From an uncultured Eubacteriales bacterium (lineage in GTDB: Bacteria > Bacillota > Clostridia > Oscillospirales > CAG-272), in assembly GCA_963614875.1 (NCBI GenBank), contig CAVEFC010000002.1, forward strand, positions 4,042-68,041: DNA of 64,000 bases, read 5' to 3'. A model generated the notes under the pieces. The model was not told the DNA's origin. It was given only the letters and a program-made list of their open reading frames with translations, and did not search any database. Made by a program: the position numbers and the translations under genes. Shown in pieces: positions 45,447-56,100 of the stretch; position 1 is the first letter of the stretch; each line of letters begins with the position of its first letter.

Positions 45447-45800
45447 ATGGCAAGAGTAAAGGGCGCTATGATGACGCGCAAAAGAAGAAATAAAATGCTG
45501 AAGCTCGCCAAGGGCTACTGGGGCGCAAAGAGCAAGCACTTCAAGATGGCTAAAGAGCAGGTAATGAAGAGCGGTAACTACGCTTATGCGGGACGTAAGC
45601 TCAAAAAGAGAGATTTCCGTTCTCTGTGGATAACCAGAATTTCCGCACAGGCAAAGGTCAACGGAATCAACTACTCACAGCTTATGCACGGTCTTAAGCT
45701 CGCAGGCGTTGATATAAACCGTAAAATGCTCGCAGAGCTTGCGGTTTCCGACAAGGAAGCTTTCGCTTCGCTTGTTGAAACGGCTAAAAAAGCGCTTTAA
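45447..45800 (+). CDS. rplT: 50S ribosomal protein L20
   Basis: [42 protein letters not shown]... Confidence 0.97.
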   Translation: MARVKGAMMTRKRRNKMLKLAKGYWGAKSKHFKMAKEQVMKSGNYAYAGRKLKKRDFRSLWITRISAQAKVNGINYSQLMHGLKLAGVDINRKMLAELAVSDKEAFASLVETAKKAL

Positions 45801-45870
45801 TCTTAATAACGTGAAAACCAAAGCTGAAATACGCTTTGGTTTTTGTGCATTAAAGGGGAGTAAAACGAAT

Positions 45871-46644
45871 ATGCCTTTTGTAACGGAGATAAAAAGCAGA
45901 AGCAACCCGAAAATCCTTTGGGCGTGCGGAATTTCCGAAAAGAAAAAGCGCGACGCGGAGGGGCTTTTCCGCTTTGAAGGAATAAAGCTTTTTTCGGAGG
46001 CTTTGCGCGAAAAGCTCGATATCGTTGCGGTTTTCGCAAGCGAAAAAGCGGCGGAAATATATGCGTCCGAGCTTTGCGCCTTTGACGGAGAAATATATAA
46101 AGTCACGGACGCCGTATATGAAAAGCTGACGGAGGAAAACGCTCCGCAGGGAGTGCTGACGGTAGCGAAAAAGCCGCTTCCGGCGCACGGAAGCACGGGA
46201 CTTATTATGATGCTCGACGGCGTTGCCGATCCCGGCAACGTCGGGACGGTGATCCGCTGCGCCGACGCCTTCGGTGCGGAAAGCGTGCTGCTCGGCGACG
46301 GCTGTGCCGACGCCTTCGGGCAGAAAACTGTCCGCGCGGCGATGGGCTCGCTTTTCCGCGTTCCGACGGAAAGGGTTTTTCTGCCCGAAAAAATAAAGGC
46401 ATTGAGAGCCGGCGGCTGTAAGGTCTATGCCGCGATGCTCGACAAAGCGTCCGTTTGCGCGGACAAAATTGAAAAGGGCGGAAGGCTCGCCTTTGTCGTG
46501 GGAAACGAAGGCCACGGAATATCGGCAGAGGTGCGCGATTGCTGCGACGGCAGCGTTATAATACCGATGCGTGAGGACGGAGCGGAATCGCTCAATGCGG
46601 CGGTTGCGGCGTCCGTGCTTATGTGGGAACACAAAAGACTTTGA
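45871..46644 (+). CDS. TrmH/SpoU-family RNA 2'-O-methyltransferase
   Basis: DGVADPGNVGTVIRCADAFG, VVGNEGHGIS and IPM..GAESLNAAVAASVLMWE (the three SpoU motifs). ATG at 45871 follows AAAGGGGAG. Confidence 0.85.
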   Translation: MPFVTEIKSRSNPKILWACGISEKKKRDAEGLFRFEGIKLFSEALREKLDIVAVFASEKAAEIYASELCAFDGEIYKVTDAVYEKLTEENAPQGVLTVAKKPLPAHGSTGLIMMLDGVADPGNVGTVIRCADAFGAESVLLGDGCADAFGQKTVRAAMGSLFRVPTERVFLPEKIKALRAGGCKVYAAMLDKASVCADKIEKGGRLAFVVGNEGHGISAEVRDCCDGSVIIPMREDGAESLNAAVAASVLMWEHKRL

Positions 46645-46655
46645 CGGAGGGAAAA

Positions 46656-47897
46656 ATGGACAGATCACTGCTTTACTGGATATGGCTTTCACTGCGCTGC
46701 GGCGCCGGAAGTGAAAGCGGCACTTACCTTCTGGCTCAGATCGGCTCGCCGGAGGAGATATACGCTTCGGACGAGGCGAGGCTCGAAGAGGTCGGCGGGA
46801 TATCGAAGGAGCTCAGGCACGCATTGCTTGACAAAAATCTCGATCTCTGCAAGCGCATACTTGATTTCTGCGAAAGAACGAACGTTTCCGTTATGACGGC
46901 GGACAGCGACATATATCCGAAAAGGCTGGCTTCGATTCACGCAAAACCGCTTTTGCTTTATTACAAGGGCAAAATACCGAAAATAGACGACAACGTTCTC
47001 GTTGCCGTCGTCGGCACGAGATCCTGCACGGAATACGGCGAAAAAACGGCGTACAAGTTCGGCGCGGAGCTTGCGAGAGGCGGCGCGATAGTTGTTTCGG
47101 GAATGGCGCTCGGTATAGACGGTATGGCGTCAAGAGGCGCACTTTCCGTCGGCGGACATACAATCGCCGTGCTCGGCTGCGGAATAGAAACGGCATATCC
47201 GCCGCAGAACAAAGAGCTTATGGAGCAGATAATAGTAAACGGCACGGTGATGACAGAATATGCTCCCGGGACGGAGCCGTCGGGCTGGAATTTCCCCGTG
47301 AGAAACAGAATAATATCCGGACTTTCGCAGGCTACGCTCGTTGTCGAGGCCGACAAAAGAAGCGGCGCGCTGATAACCGCCGGCAGAGCGCAGTCGCAGG
47401 GGCGCGACGTGTTTGCCGTCCCCGGTAAAATAGGCGACAGAGAAAGCGAAGGCACAAACGAGCTTATCCGCAACGGCGCGAAGATAGCGCTTTCCGCAAA
47501 GGATATTTTACGGGAATACGAGCTGCTTTATCCGCACAGAATATTTACCGAAAACATAGACGACAGAAGATATGTCACATCGCAGAAAATAAAGGTTGCG
47601 GCAACGGACGCCAAAATAGCTCCGCCGCCGAAATACACGAAAAACCGCTCGTATCAGGAGCAGAAAAAGCAGTCCGCGCCGAAGCAGGAGGATCTTTCGT
47701 ATCTTACCGAGGACGAAAGAAGGCTGTTTGCGCTTATCGGCGACAGAATGACGACGGACGAAATATACAAATCGGCAACGTCGGCGGGAATGTCGCTTGA
47801 AACGGGCGCGATGCTCGGACTTCTCACCACGCTTGAAATATACGGACTTATAGAAGCCGTTCCGGGCGGAAGTTATAAAAGAGTTAAAAATTTTTGA
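46656..47897 (+). CDS. dprA: DNA-processing protein DprA
   Basis: VAVVGTRSCTEYGEKTAYKFGAELARGGAIVVSGMALGIDGMASRGAL...VVEADKRSGALITA. Has a C-terminal winged-helix-like tail. Confidence 0.9.
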   Translation: MDRSLLYWIWLSLRCGAGSESGTYLLAQIGSPEEIYASDEARLEEVGGISKELRHALLDKNLDLCKRILDFCERTNVSVMTADSDIYPKRLASIHAKPLLLYYKGKIPKIDDNVLVAVVGTRSCTEYGEKTAYKFGAELARGGAIVVSGMALGIDGMASRGALSVGGHTIAVLGCGIETAYPPQNKELMEQIIVNGTVMTEYAPGTEPSGWNFPVRNRIISGLSQATLVVEADKRSGALITAGRAQSQGRDVFAVPGKIGDRESEGTNELIRNGAKIALSAKDILREYELLYPHRIFTENIDDRRYVTSQKIKVAATDAKIAPPPKYTKNRSYQEQKKQSAPKQEDLSYLTEDERRLFALIGDRMTTDEIYKSATSAGMSLETGAMLGLLTTLEIYGLIEAVPGGSYKRVKNF

Positions 47898-47898
47898 C

Positions 47899-47927
47899 TT
47901 GACACAGCGCCCTCTGTTGTGTATAAT
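47899..47927 (+). promoter_or_regulatory. Consensus sigma-A promoter for topA
   Basis: TTGACA (47899-47904), 17-nt spacer, TATAAT (47922-47927). Confidence 0.65.
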
Positions 47928-47995
47928 GGCAAACGTCACCAAAATAAAACAGATTTCAGATAAGGAGCTTCGCTTTTTCAAGCGATCGTGCAAAA

Positions 47996-50236
47996 ATGCA
48001 GCATTATCTTGTAATAATCGAGTCGCCGTACAAGGCGCCCGCAATAAATTCATATCTCGGCAAGGAATATAAGGTCGTGGCATCGGTCGGACATGTCAGA
48101 GATCTTCCGAAAAGCACGCTCGGCGTCGATACCGATCACGACTTTGCGGTAAAATACATCAACATAAAGGGAAAAACCGATATAATAAACCAGCTCAAAA
48201 AGGAAGTCAAAAACGCCGACAAGGTGTACTTCGCAACCGATCCCGACCGCGAAGGAGAAGCTATATCGTGGCATCTTGCGACGGTTCTCGGCATAAAGCC
48301 CGAGGAAGCGAACCGAGTGACCTTCAACGATATAACAAAGAAAACGGTGCTTGCCGGAATGGAGCATCCGCGCGCAATAGATATGAACCTTGTAAACTCA
48401 CAGCAGGCAAGAAGAATTCTTGACAGAATTGTGGGCTACAAGATAAGTCCTTATCTCTGGAAAACCGTCCGCAGCGGACTTTCCGCCGGAAGAGTTCAGT
48501 CCGTCGCGACGAGAATAATCGTCGAAAGGGAAGCGGAGATAAAGGCTTTCGTTCCGAAGGAATACTGGACGATAGAAGCGACGCTCAGAACTCCGAAGCG
48601 AGCCAGAATAACGGCGAAATTCTTCGGCGACAAAAACGGCAGAATAGAGCTTTCCTGCGAGGCTGACGCAAAGAAGGTGACAGACGCCTGCGAAAACGGC
48701 GGATTTACCGTTTCCGCAAGCGAAGTGACGAAAAAGCATCGCTCGCCCAATCCTCCGTTCATAACCTCAACGCTTCAGCAGGAGGCTTCAAAAAGGCTCG
48801 GATTTCAGTCCAAGCGCACGATGCTTGTGGCGCAGGAGCTTTACGAGGGTATAAATTTAGGCGCGGAAAACGGCGGAACGCACGGTCTTATAACGTATAT
48901 GAGAACGGACTCTCTCCGCGTTTCAGACGAAGCCGCGGAAGCCGCGAAAAACTTTATTATCGGCAAATACGGCAGCGACTGCTATCCGTCAAAGCGCAGA
49001 GTTTTCAAATCGAACGCTTCGGCGCAGGACGCTCACGAAGCCATACGTCCGGCGGATCTCGCTCTTCCTCCCGAAAAGGTAAAGAGCGCGCTTTCTTCGG
49101 ATCAATACAGGCTTTATAAGCTCATCTGGGACAGATTTATCGCAAGTCAGATGAAAAACGCCGAGCTTGAAGTGCTTTCGGCGGATATATCGTGCGGAGA
49201 ATATATATTCAAATCGAGCGAATATGTCGTAAGCTTCAAGGGCTATATGCTCGCATACGACGATACTGACGACGATACTCAGCCGAAAACAAAGCTTCCC
49301 GAGCTTTCGGAGGGCGACGCGCTTACAAAGGAGGAGCTTACTTCAAAGCAGAACTTCACCGATCCTCCGGCGCATTACACGGAAGGCTCGCTTATCAAAT
49401 TTCTTGAGGAAAAGGGCATAGGCAGACCGAGCACCTACGCGCAGACGATAACCACAATCGTTCAGAGAGGCTATGTAAAGCGCGAAAAGAAAGCGCTTGT
49501 ATCGACGCCGCTCGGCGAGGCGACGGTCAAGCTGATGAAAAAGAATTTCCCCGAAATAGTGGATTATAAGTTCACGGCGAGCGTGGAAGAGGATCTCGAC
49601 AAGATCGCGCGCGGAGAAGAAACAATGACCGAGGTTCTCGGCGATTTCTACGGCGATTTTTCAAAAACGCTTGAAAAGGCGCAGGAATCCATAAAGGACA
49701 ACAAGGTAAAGGTTCCGGATGAGGAATCCGATATAATCTGCGAAAAGTGCGGAAGAAAAATGGTGATAAAGCACGGCAGATTCGGCACTTTTGCCGCCTG
49801 CCCGGGATATCCGGAATGTAAAAACACAAAGGCGATAGACAAAAAGGGAAACGTTATAGAGAAAAAGACGGAAGAACCCGAAAAAACCGATATGAAGTGC
49901 GAAAAATGCGGCGGCGACATAGTTATCCGCAGCAGCTCGTACGGACGCTTCTACGCCTGCTCGAATTTCCCGAAATGCAGATACACAAAGGCAATTCTTG
50001 AGCCTATCGGAGTCAAATGCCCAAAATGCGGAGCGGATATAGTAAAAGCCTACGGCAAGAAGAAAAATCTCTATTACCGTTGCGAAAGATATCCCGAATG
50101 TGATTTTTCAAGCTGGGATCTTCCGACCGCGGAAAAATGTCCGAAGTGCAGCAAAATGCTTTTTGAAAAGAAAGGCAAGGGACTTTACTGCGCGGACGCA
50201 GACTGCGGATATAAGAGCTTTGAGGATAAAAAATAA
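47996..50236 (+). CDS. topA: DNA topoisomerase I (type IA) with C-terminal zinc-ribbon repeats
   Basis: TOPRIM LVIIESPYKA...ATDPDREGEAISWH, the active-site region GLITYMRTDS, and at least three C4 zinc ribbons (CEKCGRKM...CPGYPEC, and others). Confidence 0.97.
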   Translation: MQHYLVIIESPYKAPAINSYLGKEYKVVASVGHVRDLPKSTLGVDTDHDFAVKYINIKGKTDIINQLKKEVKNADKVYFATDPDREGEAISWHLATVLGIKPEEANRVTFNDITKKTVLAGMEHPRAIDMNLVNSQQARRILDRIVGYKISPYLWKTVRSGLSAGRVQSVATRIIVEREAEIKAFVPKEYWTIEATLRTPKRARITAKFFGDKNGRIELSCEADAKKVTDACENGGFTVSASEVTKKHRSPNPPFITSTLQQEASKRLGFQSKRTMLVAQELYEGINLGAENGGTHGLITYMRTDSLRVSDEAAEAAKNFIIGKYGSDCYPSKRRVFKSNASAQDAHEAIRPADLALPPEKVKSALSSDQYRLYKLIWDRFIASQMKNAELEVLSADISCGEYIFKSSEYVVSFKGYMLAYDDTDDDTQPKTKLPELSEGDALTKEELTSKQNFTDPPAHYTEGSLIKFLEEKGIGRPSTYAQTITTIVQRGYVKREKKALVSTPLGEATVKLMKKNFPEIVDYKFTASVEEDLDKIARGEETMTEVLGDFYGDFSKTLEKAQESIKDNKVKVPDEESDIICEKCGRKMVIKHGRFGTFAACPGYPECKNTKAIDKKGNVIEKKTEEPEKTDMKCEKCGGDIVIRSSSYGRFYACSNFPKCRYTKAILEPIGVKCPKCGADIVKAYGKKKNLYYRCERYPECDFSSWDLPTAEKCPKCSKMLFEKKGKGLYCADADCGYKSFEDKK

Positions 50237-50245
50237 GAAAAAAAC

Positions 50246-50275
50246 GGCGACCGTCGAAAGACGTCGCCTTTTTGT
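50246..50275 (+). terminator. Terminator after topA
   Basis: GGCGACCGTC-GAAAG-ACGTCGCC-TTTTTGTT. Confidence 0.75.
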
Positions 50276-50287
50276 TAGAAATACATA

Positions 50288-50316
50288 TTGAAATATTATT
50301 TATTTTGTTATATAAT
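50288..50316 (+). promoter_or_regulatory. Sigma-A promoter for the plsX-rnc cluster
   Basis: TTGAAA (50288-50293), 17-nt spacer, TATAAT (50311-50316). Confidence 0.6.
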
Positions 50317-50348
50317 ACATAAGTAAAACTATAAAATCGGAGTATTTT

Positions 50349-51359
50349 ATGAAGATAATCCTTGACGTTATGGGCGGCGACAATCCGCCTGCCGAGATAA
50401 TAAGGGGCGCACTGCTTGCAAAAAAAGAGCTTGACGCGCACATAGCGCTTGTCGGCGACGAAAAAACAATACGCGGGGCGCTCTCGGAGGAGGGAGCGGA
50501 TGAGGACGGCTTTGATATAACCGGCAGCGACGGCGTGATAGAAATGGAGGACAGTCCCCTTTGCATCGTTCAGAAGAAGAAAAATTCTTCGATGGGTACG
50601 GCGCTGCGTATGCTTGCCGCAGGCGAGGGCGACGCCGTGGTTTCGTGCGGAAACACGGGCGCGCTTTTCACCGGTGCAACGCTTATCGTTCACAGGATTG
50701 CCGGACTTCGCCGTGCGGCGCTCGGGACGGTGCTTCCTTACACCAACAACGTAATGCTTATGGACTGCGGAGCAAACGTCACGGTCACGCCCGAATATCT
50801 TCTGCATTTTGCGTATCTCGGCTCGATATATATGAGAAAGCTTTACGGAATAGAGCGTCCGAGAGTGGCGCTTATCAACAACGGCTCCGAAGGTCATAAG
50901 GGAACTCCGCTTGTGATAGAAGCAAAGGCGCTTATGGAAAACGACGAAAATCTGAACTTTGTGGGAAGCGTCGAAGGGAAGGAGCTTCCGTTTGACGCCT
51001 GCGACGTAGCCGTCTGCGACGGATTTACCGGAAACGTTCTTCTCAAAACAAGCGAGGGAATCTGCCGGTTCGTTATGCAGCACGTCATACGGGAAGTCCG
51101 CTCTGCCGACGGCGGAAAAGAAGACGGCGTTATGTCGGCTCTGCGCCGCGAGGACAGATTTTTCGACGTTACCGAATACGGCGGCGCACCGTTTATAGGA
51201 ATAGCAAAGCCCGTTATAAAGGCTCACGGAAATTCGGAGGCGAACGCAATAAAAAATGCGCTTATGCGCGCGGCGGATTACGTCCGTGCCGATGTTATAG
51301 GCGAAATAGAAAAATCGGCGGAGCTTTTCGGGGCTGTGAATGTCGGAGGGAAAAAATGA
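50349..51359 (+). CDS. plsX: Phosphate acyltransferase PlsX
   Basis: MKIILDVMGGDNPP...VSCGNTGALF...DGFTGNVLLKT... Confidence 0.95.
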   Translation: MKIILDVMGGDNPPAEIIRGALLAKKELDAHIALVGDEKTIRGALSEEGADEDGFDITGSDGVIEMEDSPLCIVQKKKNSSMGTALRMLAAGEGDAVVSCGNTGALFTGATLIVHRIAGLRRAALGTVLPYTNNVMLMDCGANVTVTPEYLLHFAYLGSIYMRKLYGIERPRVALINNGSEGHKGTPLVIEAKALMENDENLNFVGSVEGKELPFDACDVAVCDGFTGNVLLKTSEGICRFVMQHVIREVRSADGGKEDGVMSALRREDRFFDVTEYGGAPFIGIAKPVIKAHGNSEANAIKNALMRAADYVRADVIGEIEKSAELFGAVNVGGKK

Positions 51360-52084
51360 AGGATAAAATAACTTCTCCGCGCATTGATACGACGGAGCTT
51401 GAAAAACGGATAAATCACAGATTTTCAAACAGGGAATTTCTGCACGAGGCGTTGAATCACACCTCGTATGTGAACGAAGCAAGGACGACGGAAAAATCAA
51501 ACGAAAGGCTTGAATTTCTTGGCGACTCGGTGCTTTCGGCTATCGTGAGCGAATATCTTTTCAAAAGATTTCCGGAAAGCAACGAGGGCGAGCTTTCGAG
51601 CATGAGAAGAAGCATAGTCGAGCGCGCGTCGCTTGCGTCGTTTTCAAGGGAGATATCGCTTGGCGAATATCTTTACCTCGGTCACGGAGAGGAGCTTTGC
51701 GGCGGAAGAGAGCTTGATTCCAATCTTGAGGACGCCTTTGAAGCGCTCACGGCAGCAGTTTACCTTGACGGCGGAAAAAAGAGCGCGGAGGATTTTGTGA
51801 TGCCGTTTGTAACAAAGGCGGCGGACGCCTTTTCGCCGACAAAAAGCCTTTCGGACCCGAAATCGCTTTTGCAGGAAATAATTCAGGAATCGCCCGGAGA
51901 AAAGCTCGAATATGTAATCACGGGAGAAGAAGGTCCCGATCACGACAAGACGTTTTTCTGCGAGGCGAGAGTGAACAGCAACATTCTCGGCAAGGGCGAG
52001 GGAAAGAGCAAAAAGGAAGCCGAAAAGCAGGCGGCGCGGGAAGCGCTCCGTCTTTTCGGGATATCCGATGAAGAAAAGAAATGA
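51356..52084 (+). CDS. rnc: Ribonuclease III
   Basis: Signature NERLEFLGDSVL and a C-terminal dsRBD (...GPDHDKTFFCEARVN...GEGKSKKEAEKQAAREAL). Confidence 0.95.
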   Translation: MKDKITSPRIDTTELEKRINHRFSNREFLHEALNHTSYVNEARTTEKSNERLEFLGDSVLSAIVSEYLFKRFPESNEGELSSMRRSIVERASLASFSREISLGEYLYLGHGEELCGGRELDSNLEDAFEALTAAVYLDGGKKSAEDFVMPFVTKAADAFSPTKSLSDPKSLLQEIIQESPGEKLEYVITGEEGPDHDKTFFCEARVNSNILGKGEGKSKKEAEKQAAREALRLFGISDEEKK

Positions 52085-53091
52085 AAACACACGCAAACAT
52101 ACCGATATTCGTTCCGCATATGGGCTGTCCGAACGCCTGCGTTTTCTGCAATCAGCGGACGATATCCGGTCACAACGTTCCCGATTTCACAAAGGTTGAG
52201 GGCGAGATAGAAAACGCGCTTTCCACGATAGATCTTTCAAAGCGCACGGTGCAGATAGCGTACTTCGGCGGAAGCTTTACGGCGATAGACCGCGCGGATA
52301 TGATATATTTGCTTTCTGTGGCGAAGAAATTTATAGACGACGGCAGAGCGGAATCGATAAGAATATCTACCCGCCCCGACTGTATAGACGAAGAAATAGT
52401 CGGAACACTTCGCTCCTATGGTGTGAAGAGTGTTGAACTCGGAATACAGAGCTCCTCCGAAAGGGTGCTTGAAGTATCGGGCAGAGGGCACGGCTTTGAA
52501 TGCTGCAAAAAAGCTTCGGCGCTTATAACCGGCGCCGGAATGGAATTTGTCGGGCAGATGATGATAGGACTTCCGGCATCGACAAAAGAGGACGAAATAA
52601 AAACGGCAGAGGCTATCGCCGATATGGGCGCGATCGCCGCAAGAATATATCCGACGGTGGTTTTCAAAGGGACAAGGCTTGCCGATATGGCTCGCGCCGG
52701 AAGTTATATTCCGATGAGCCGCGAGGAAGCCGTCGATCGCACCGAGGCGGCGTTTGAGATTTTTGCCGAAAGAGGAATAAAGGTTATAAGAATAGGACTT
52801 CAGTCCGGAGAGGCACTTGTTTCGGGAGAGGAAATTTCCTGCGGAGATTATTCCGAGGCGATAGGCGAAATGTGCATAAGCCGTTATTTTGAAAAAAAGA
52901 TATCGGCGCTGTGCGGCGGACTTTCCGGCGGGAAGGTGACGGTTTTCTGCAATCCGCGCAGGGTATCGTGCGCCGTGGGCTACAGGGGCGAAAACAAAAC
53001 GAAAATAAAAGAAAAATTCGGACTTTCGGCGCTGAAAATATCGCCGTGCGAGGAGCTTTCCGAATTTGAAGTAAGAATAAAAAAAGACTAA
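52081..53091 (+). CDS. Radical SAM protein (ELP3-like radical SAM core without an acetyltransferase domain)
   Basis: IPIFVPHMGCPNACVFCNQ (CxxxCxxC). It occupies the conserved position between rnc and smc. Confidence 0.75.
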   Translation: MKTHANIPIFVPHMGCPNACVFCNQRTISGHNVPDFTKVEGEIENALSTIDLSKRTVQIAYFGGSFTAIDRADMIYLLSVAKKFIDDGRAESIRISTRPDCIDEEIVGTLRSYGVKSVELGIQSSSERVLEVSGRGHGFECCKKASALITGAGMEFVGQMMIGLPASTKEDEIKTAEAIADMGAIAARIYPTVVFKGTRLADMARAGSYIPMSREEAVDRTEAAFEIFAERGIKVIRIGLQSGEALVSGEEISCGDYSEAIGEMCISRYFEKKISALCGGLSGGKVTVFCNPRRVSCAVGYRGENKTKIKEKFGLSALKISPCEELSEFEVRIKKD

Positions 53092-53104
53092 AGGAGCAGG
53101 CAGC

Positions 53105-56100
53105 GTGCGTCTAAAAACACTTGAAATGCAGGGCTTTAAGTCCTTCCCCGACAAGACCGTTATCAGCTTTGACAGAGGGATAACCGTCGTTGTGGGGCCG
53201 AACGGCTCGGGAAAATCGAATATATCCGACGCAATGCGCTGGGTTCTCGGAGAAATATCTTCAAAGAACATACGCGGCTCGAAAATGGAGGACGTTATCT
53301 TTGCGGGCTCGCAGAAGAGAAGTCCGATGGGCTATGCGGAGGTTTCCGTGACGTTCGACAACACCGAGGACGACGGAAAAATCGTTTCCTTGAGCGAATA
53401 CGACGAAATAACCGTAACGCGTCGCTATTACAGAGTCGGCGAAAGCGAATATTTCATAAACCGCAAGCCCGTAAGACTTAAGGATATTCACGAGCTTTTT
53501 ATGAATACGGGACTCGGCAAGGGCGGATATTCGATAATCGGTCAGGGAAAGATAGCGGAAATAATTTCATCGAAAAGCGAGGACAGGCGCGCCATATTCG
53601 AGGAAGCGGCGGGCATTGCGAAATATCGCTATCAGAAGCAGGAGGCGGAAAGAAAGCTTGACGCCACTCTTGACAATCTCGTCCGGCTCGAAGACATAGA
53701 AAGCGAGCTTGAGGGCAGAATAGCTCCGCTTGAAAAGGAATCCGAAAAGGCAAAGAAATATCTTGCCCTGCGCGACGAAAAGAAGGCGCTCGATCTTGCG
53801 CTTTCGATATTCGATATAGATACGGCGAAAGCCGAAAGCGGCGAGCTTGAAAAAAGTCTTGCGGCGGCGAAAAATTCGCTTGACCGCTCGGACGAAACGC
53901 TTGCCGGACTTGAAAAGCGCGACGAGGAGCTGTTTTCTTCGCTGCAAAGCGAAAAAGCGGAAAGCGAAAGAGCGGGAGAGGATATATCCGCTCTTACGGA
54001 GAAAATATTCGTCGGCGAGGGCGAAATAAAGCTTGCCGAAAACGACAACGCTCACCTTTCGGAAACGGTGACGGCGTCGCGCGCGAGAATTGCCGAAAAG
54101 AAAGCCGTGCTTTCAGCCGCGGAGGAAGAAAAAAAGCACTGTCTTGAAGCTGTCGGACAGTCGGAAAAGCGCCTTTCCGCCCTTGACGGACGTCGCGAAA
54201 AGGCAGCGGCGGAGCTTAAAGCGCAGGAGGATAAAATAAACGATTGCGCGGCAGTCACTATCGGGCTTACGGAAAAATACGAGCAGGCGCAAAAGGACGA
54301 TGTCGAAGCAAAGGTAGCCGTCAGCGTTGCGGAATCGCAAAGAGAGGCAAATCTCAAAAAATGCGACGAGCTTACCGTCGAGCTTTCAAAGCACGACGAG
54401 GACATCGGTATGCTTGACGAAAGAATAAACCGCGCAAAGGAAAAGATATCGGGCTATGATAAAAAGCTCGGCGAGTCGGACTTTGAAACGGGAAAAATAT
54501 CCGCAAAAAAGGAGGAGCTTATCGTTCTTTCGAGAAAGCTTGCGGGGCAGAAAAACGATCTTTTCCTTGAAATATCGCAGAGAAAGCATCAGATATCAAA
54601 CCTTCTCCGTATGGAGGAGCTTCTTGAAGGCTATTCGAGAGCCGTGCGCTTTCTTATGACGGAGTACCGCGCGGGCAATCTGACCGACAGAAACGGCGCC
54701 GTGCCGAAGATATACGGTCCTGTTTCGCAGTTTGTGACGGTTGACGAAAAATATTCGGCTGCGCTTGAAGTCGCTTTCGGGCAGTCGCTTCAGAACATAA
54801 TAGTCGACGACGAGGACTGCGCAAAGACCGCGATAGCTTTTCTCAAGCGCAGAAACGCGGGAAGGGCGACGTTTTATCCGATAACGACGATGAAGGGTAA
54901 CACTGTAAGCGGAAAGGCGCTCGGTATAGACGGGCTTGACGGTTACATAGCGATAGCCTCCGAGCTTGTGGGGTGCGATGAGAAATTCAGAGGAATAGCA
55001 GATTATCTTACAGGCAGGATAATAGTTGCAAAAAATACGGACTGTGCGTCGGTTATCGCGCGCAGGCTCGGCTTCAGATACAAAGTGGTTACCCTTGACG
55101 GTCAGGTGATAAACGCCGGAGGAAGCTATACGGGCGGATCCGTATCGACGGATTCACAGATGCTTTCACGCCGCGCCCAGATAGACAGGCTCGGCGCGGA
55201 GGTTGCCTCACTTGAAAAGGACAGCGCCGAAACCGAAAAGGATATAGCCGAAAACGAAAAGGCGATAAAAGCCGTAACGGAGCAGGAAAAAACCGCTCTC
55301 GGCGCGGGCGCGATGATAAAAACCCTGCGCGACGCGGAATCGACTCAGATGCAGATACTCGTATCGAACCGCGACGTGCTCAAAGAAGCGAGACAGCAGA
55401 TAGTTTCACAGCTTTCGGAGCTTTCGTCGCTTGCAAAGCGCGAGGGAGAAAACGCCGGCGAATGTACCGAAAAGCGCAGGCGTCTTTCTGAGGAAATGGC
55501 TGCGATCGAAAAACGTCTGTGCGATATCGGCAGAGAAAAAGCCGATGCCGAAAAGAAAGCCGAAGCAAAGAAAACCGAGCTTTCGGATTGTCTTATAGAC
55601 ATCGCGCGCGAGGAAAAGAGCGCGGAAATGGCGCAGAACGCGCTTTCCGCCGCGACCGAAAAATATATTGCGGCATCAGACGACATAAAGGCGCTTGAAG
55701 AATCGGCTGCCGACGCCGAAGCAAGAATAGCCGAAAATACGGCAAAAGCAAAGGAAATCACGGCGCAGATAAGCGCGCTCAAAGCCGAGGTTGAAAGAAT
55801 AAATTCCGAAAAGGCGGCGCTTTCCGCAAGATCGCTCGAAACGGAAAGAAAGCTTACCGAGGTGCGCGCAAAGCAAAAGGAAATGACACATTCGAGGGAG
55901 CTTATCTTCCGCGAATACGCAAATACGGAGGCTGCCTACAAGCGCGCCGTCGAAAAAAGCGACAAGCTTATTTCTTTCCTCTGGGAAGAATACGAAACGA
56001 CATACACTCAGGCGTGCGAACTCTGCGGCGAGCGCATAACCGAAAAAACAAGAAAGGACGCCGCCTCAAAGCAGGGCAGACTGAAAAGCGAGATAAAGGC

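Noticed and set aside
45739-45870. Upstream extension of the TrmH-family gene overlapping rplT
   Set aside because: The extension overlaps the end of rplT in another frame. The ATG at 45871 has a proper RBS and matches the usual N-terminus of the family.
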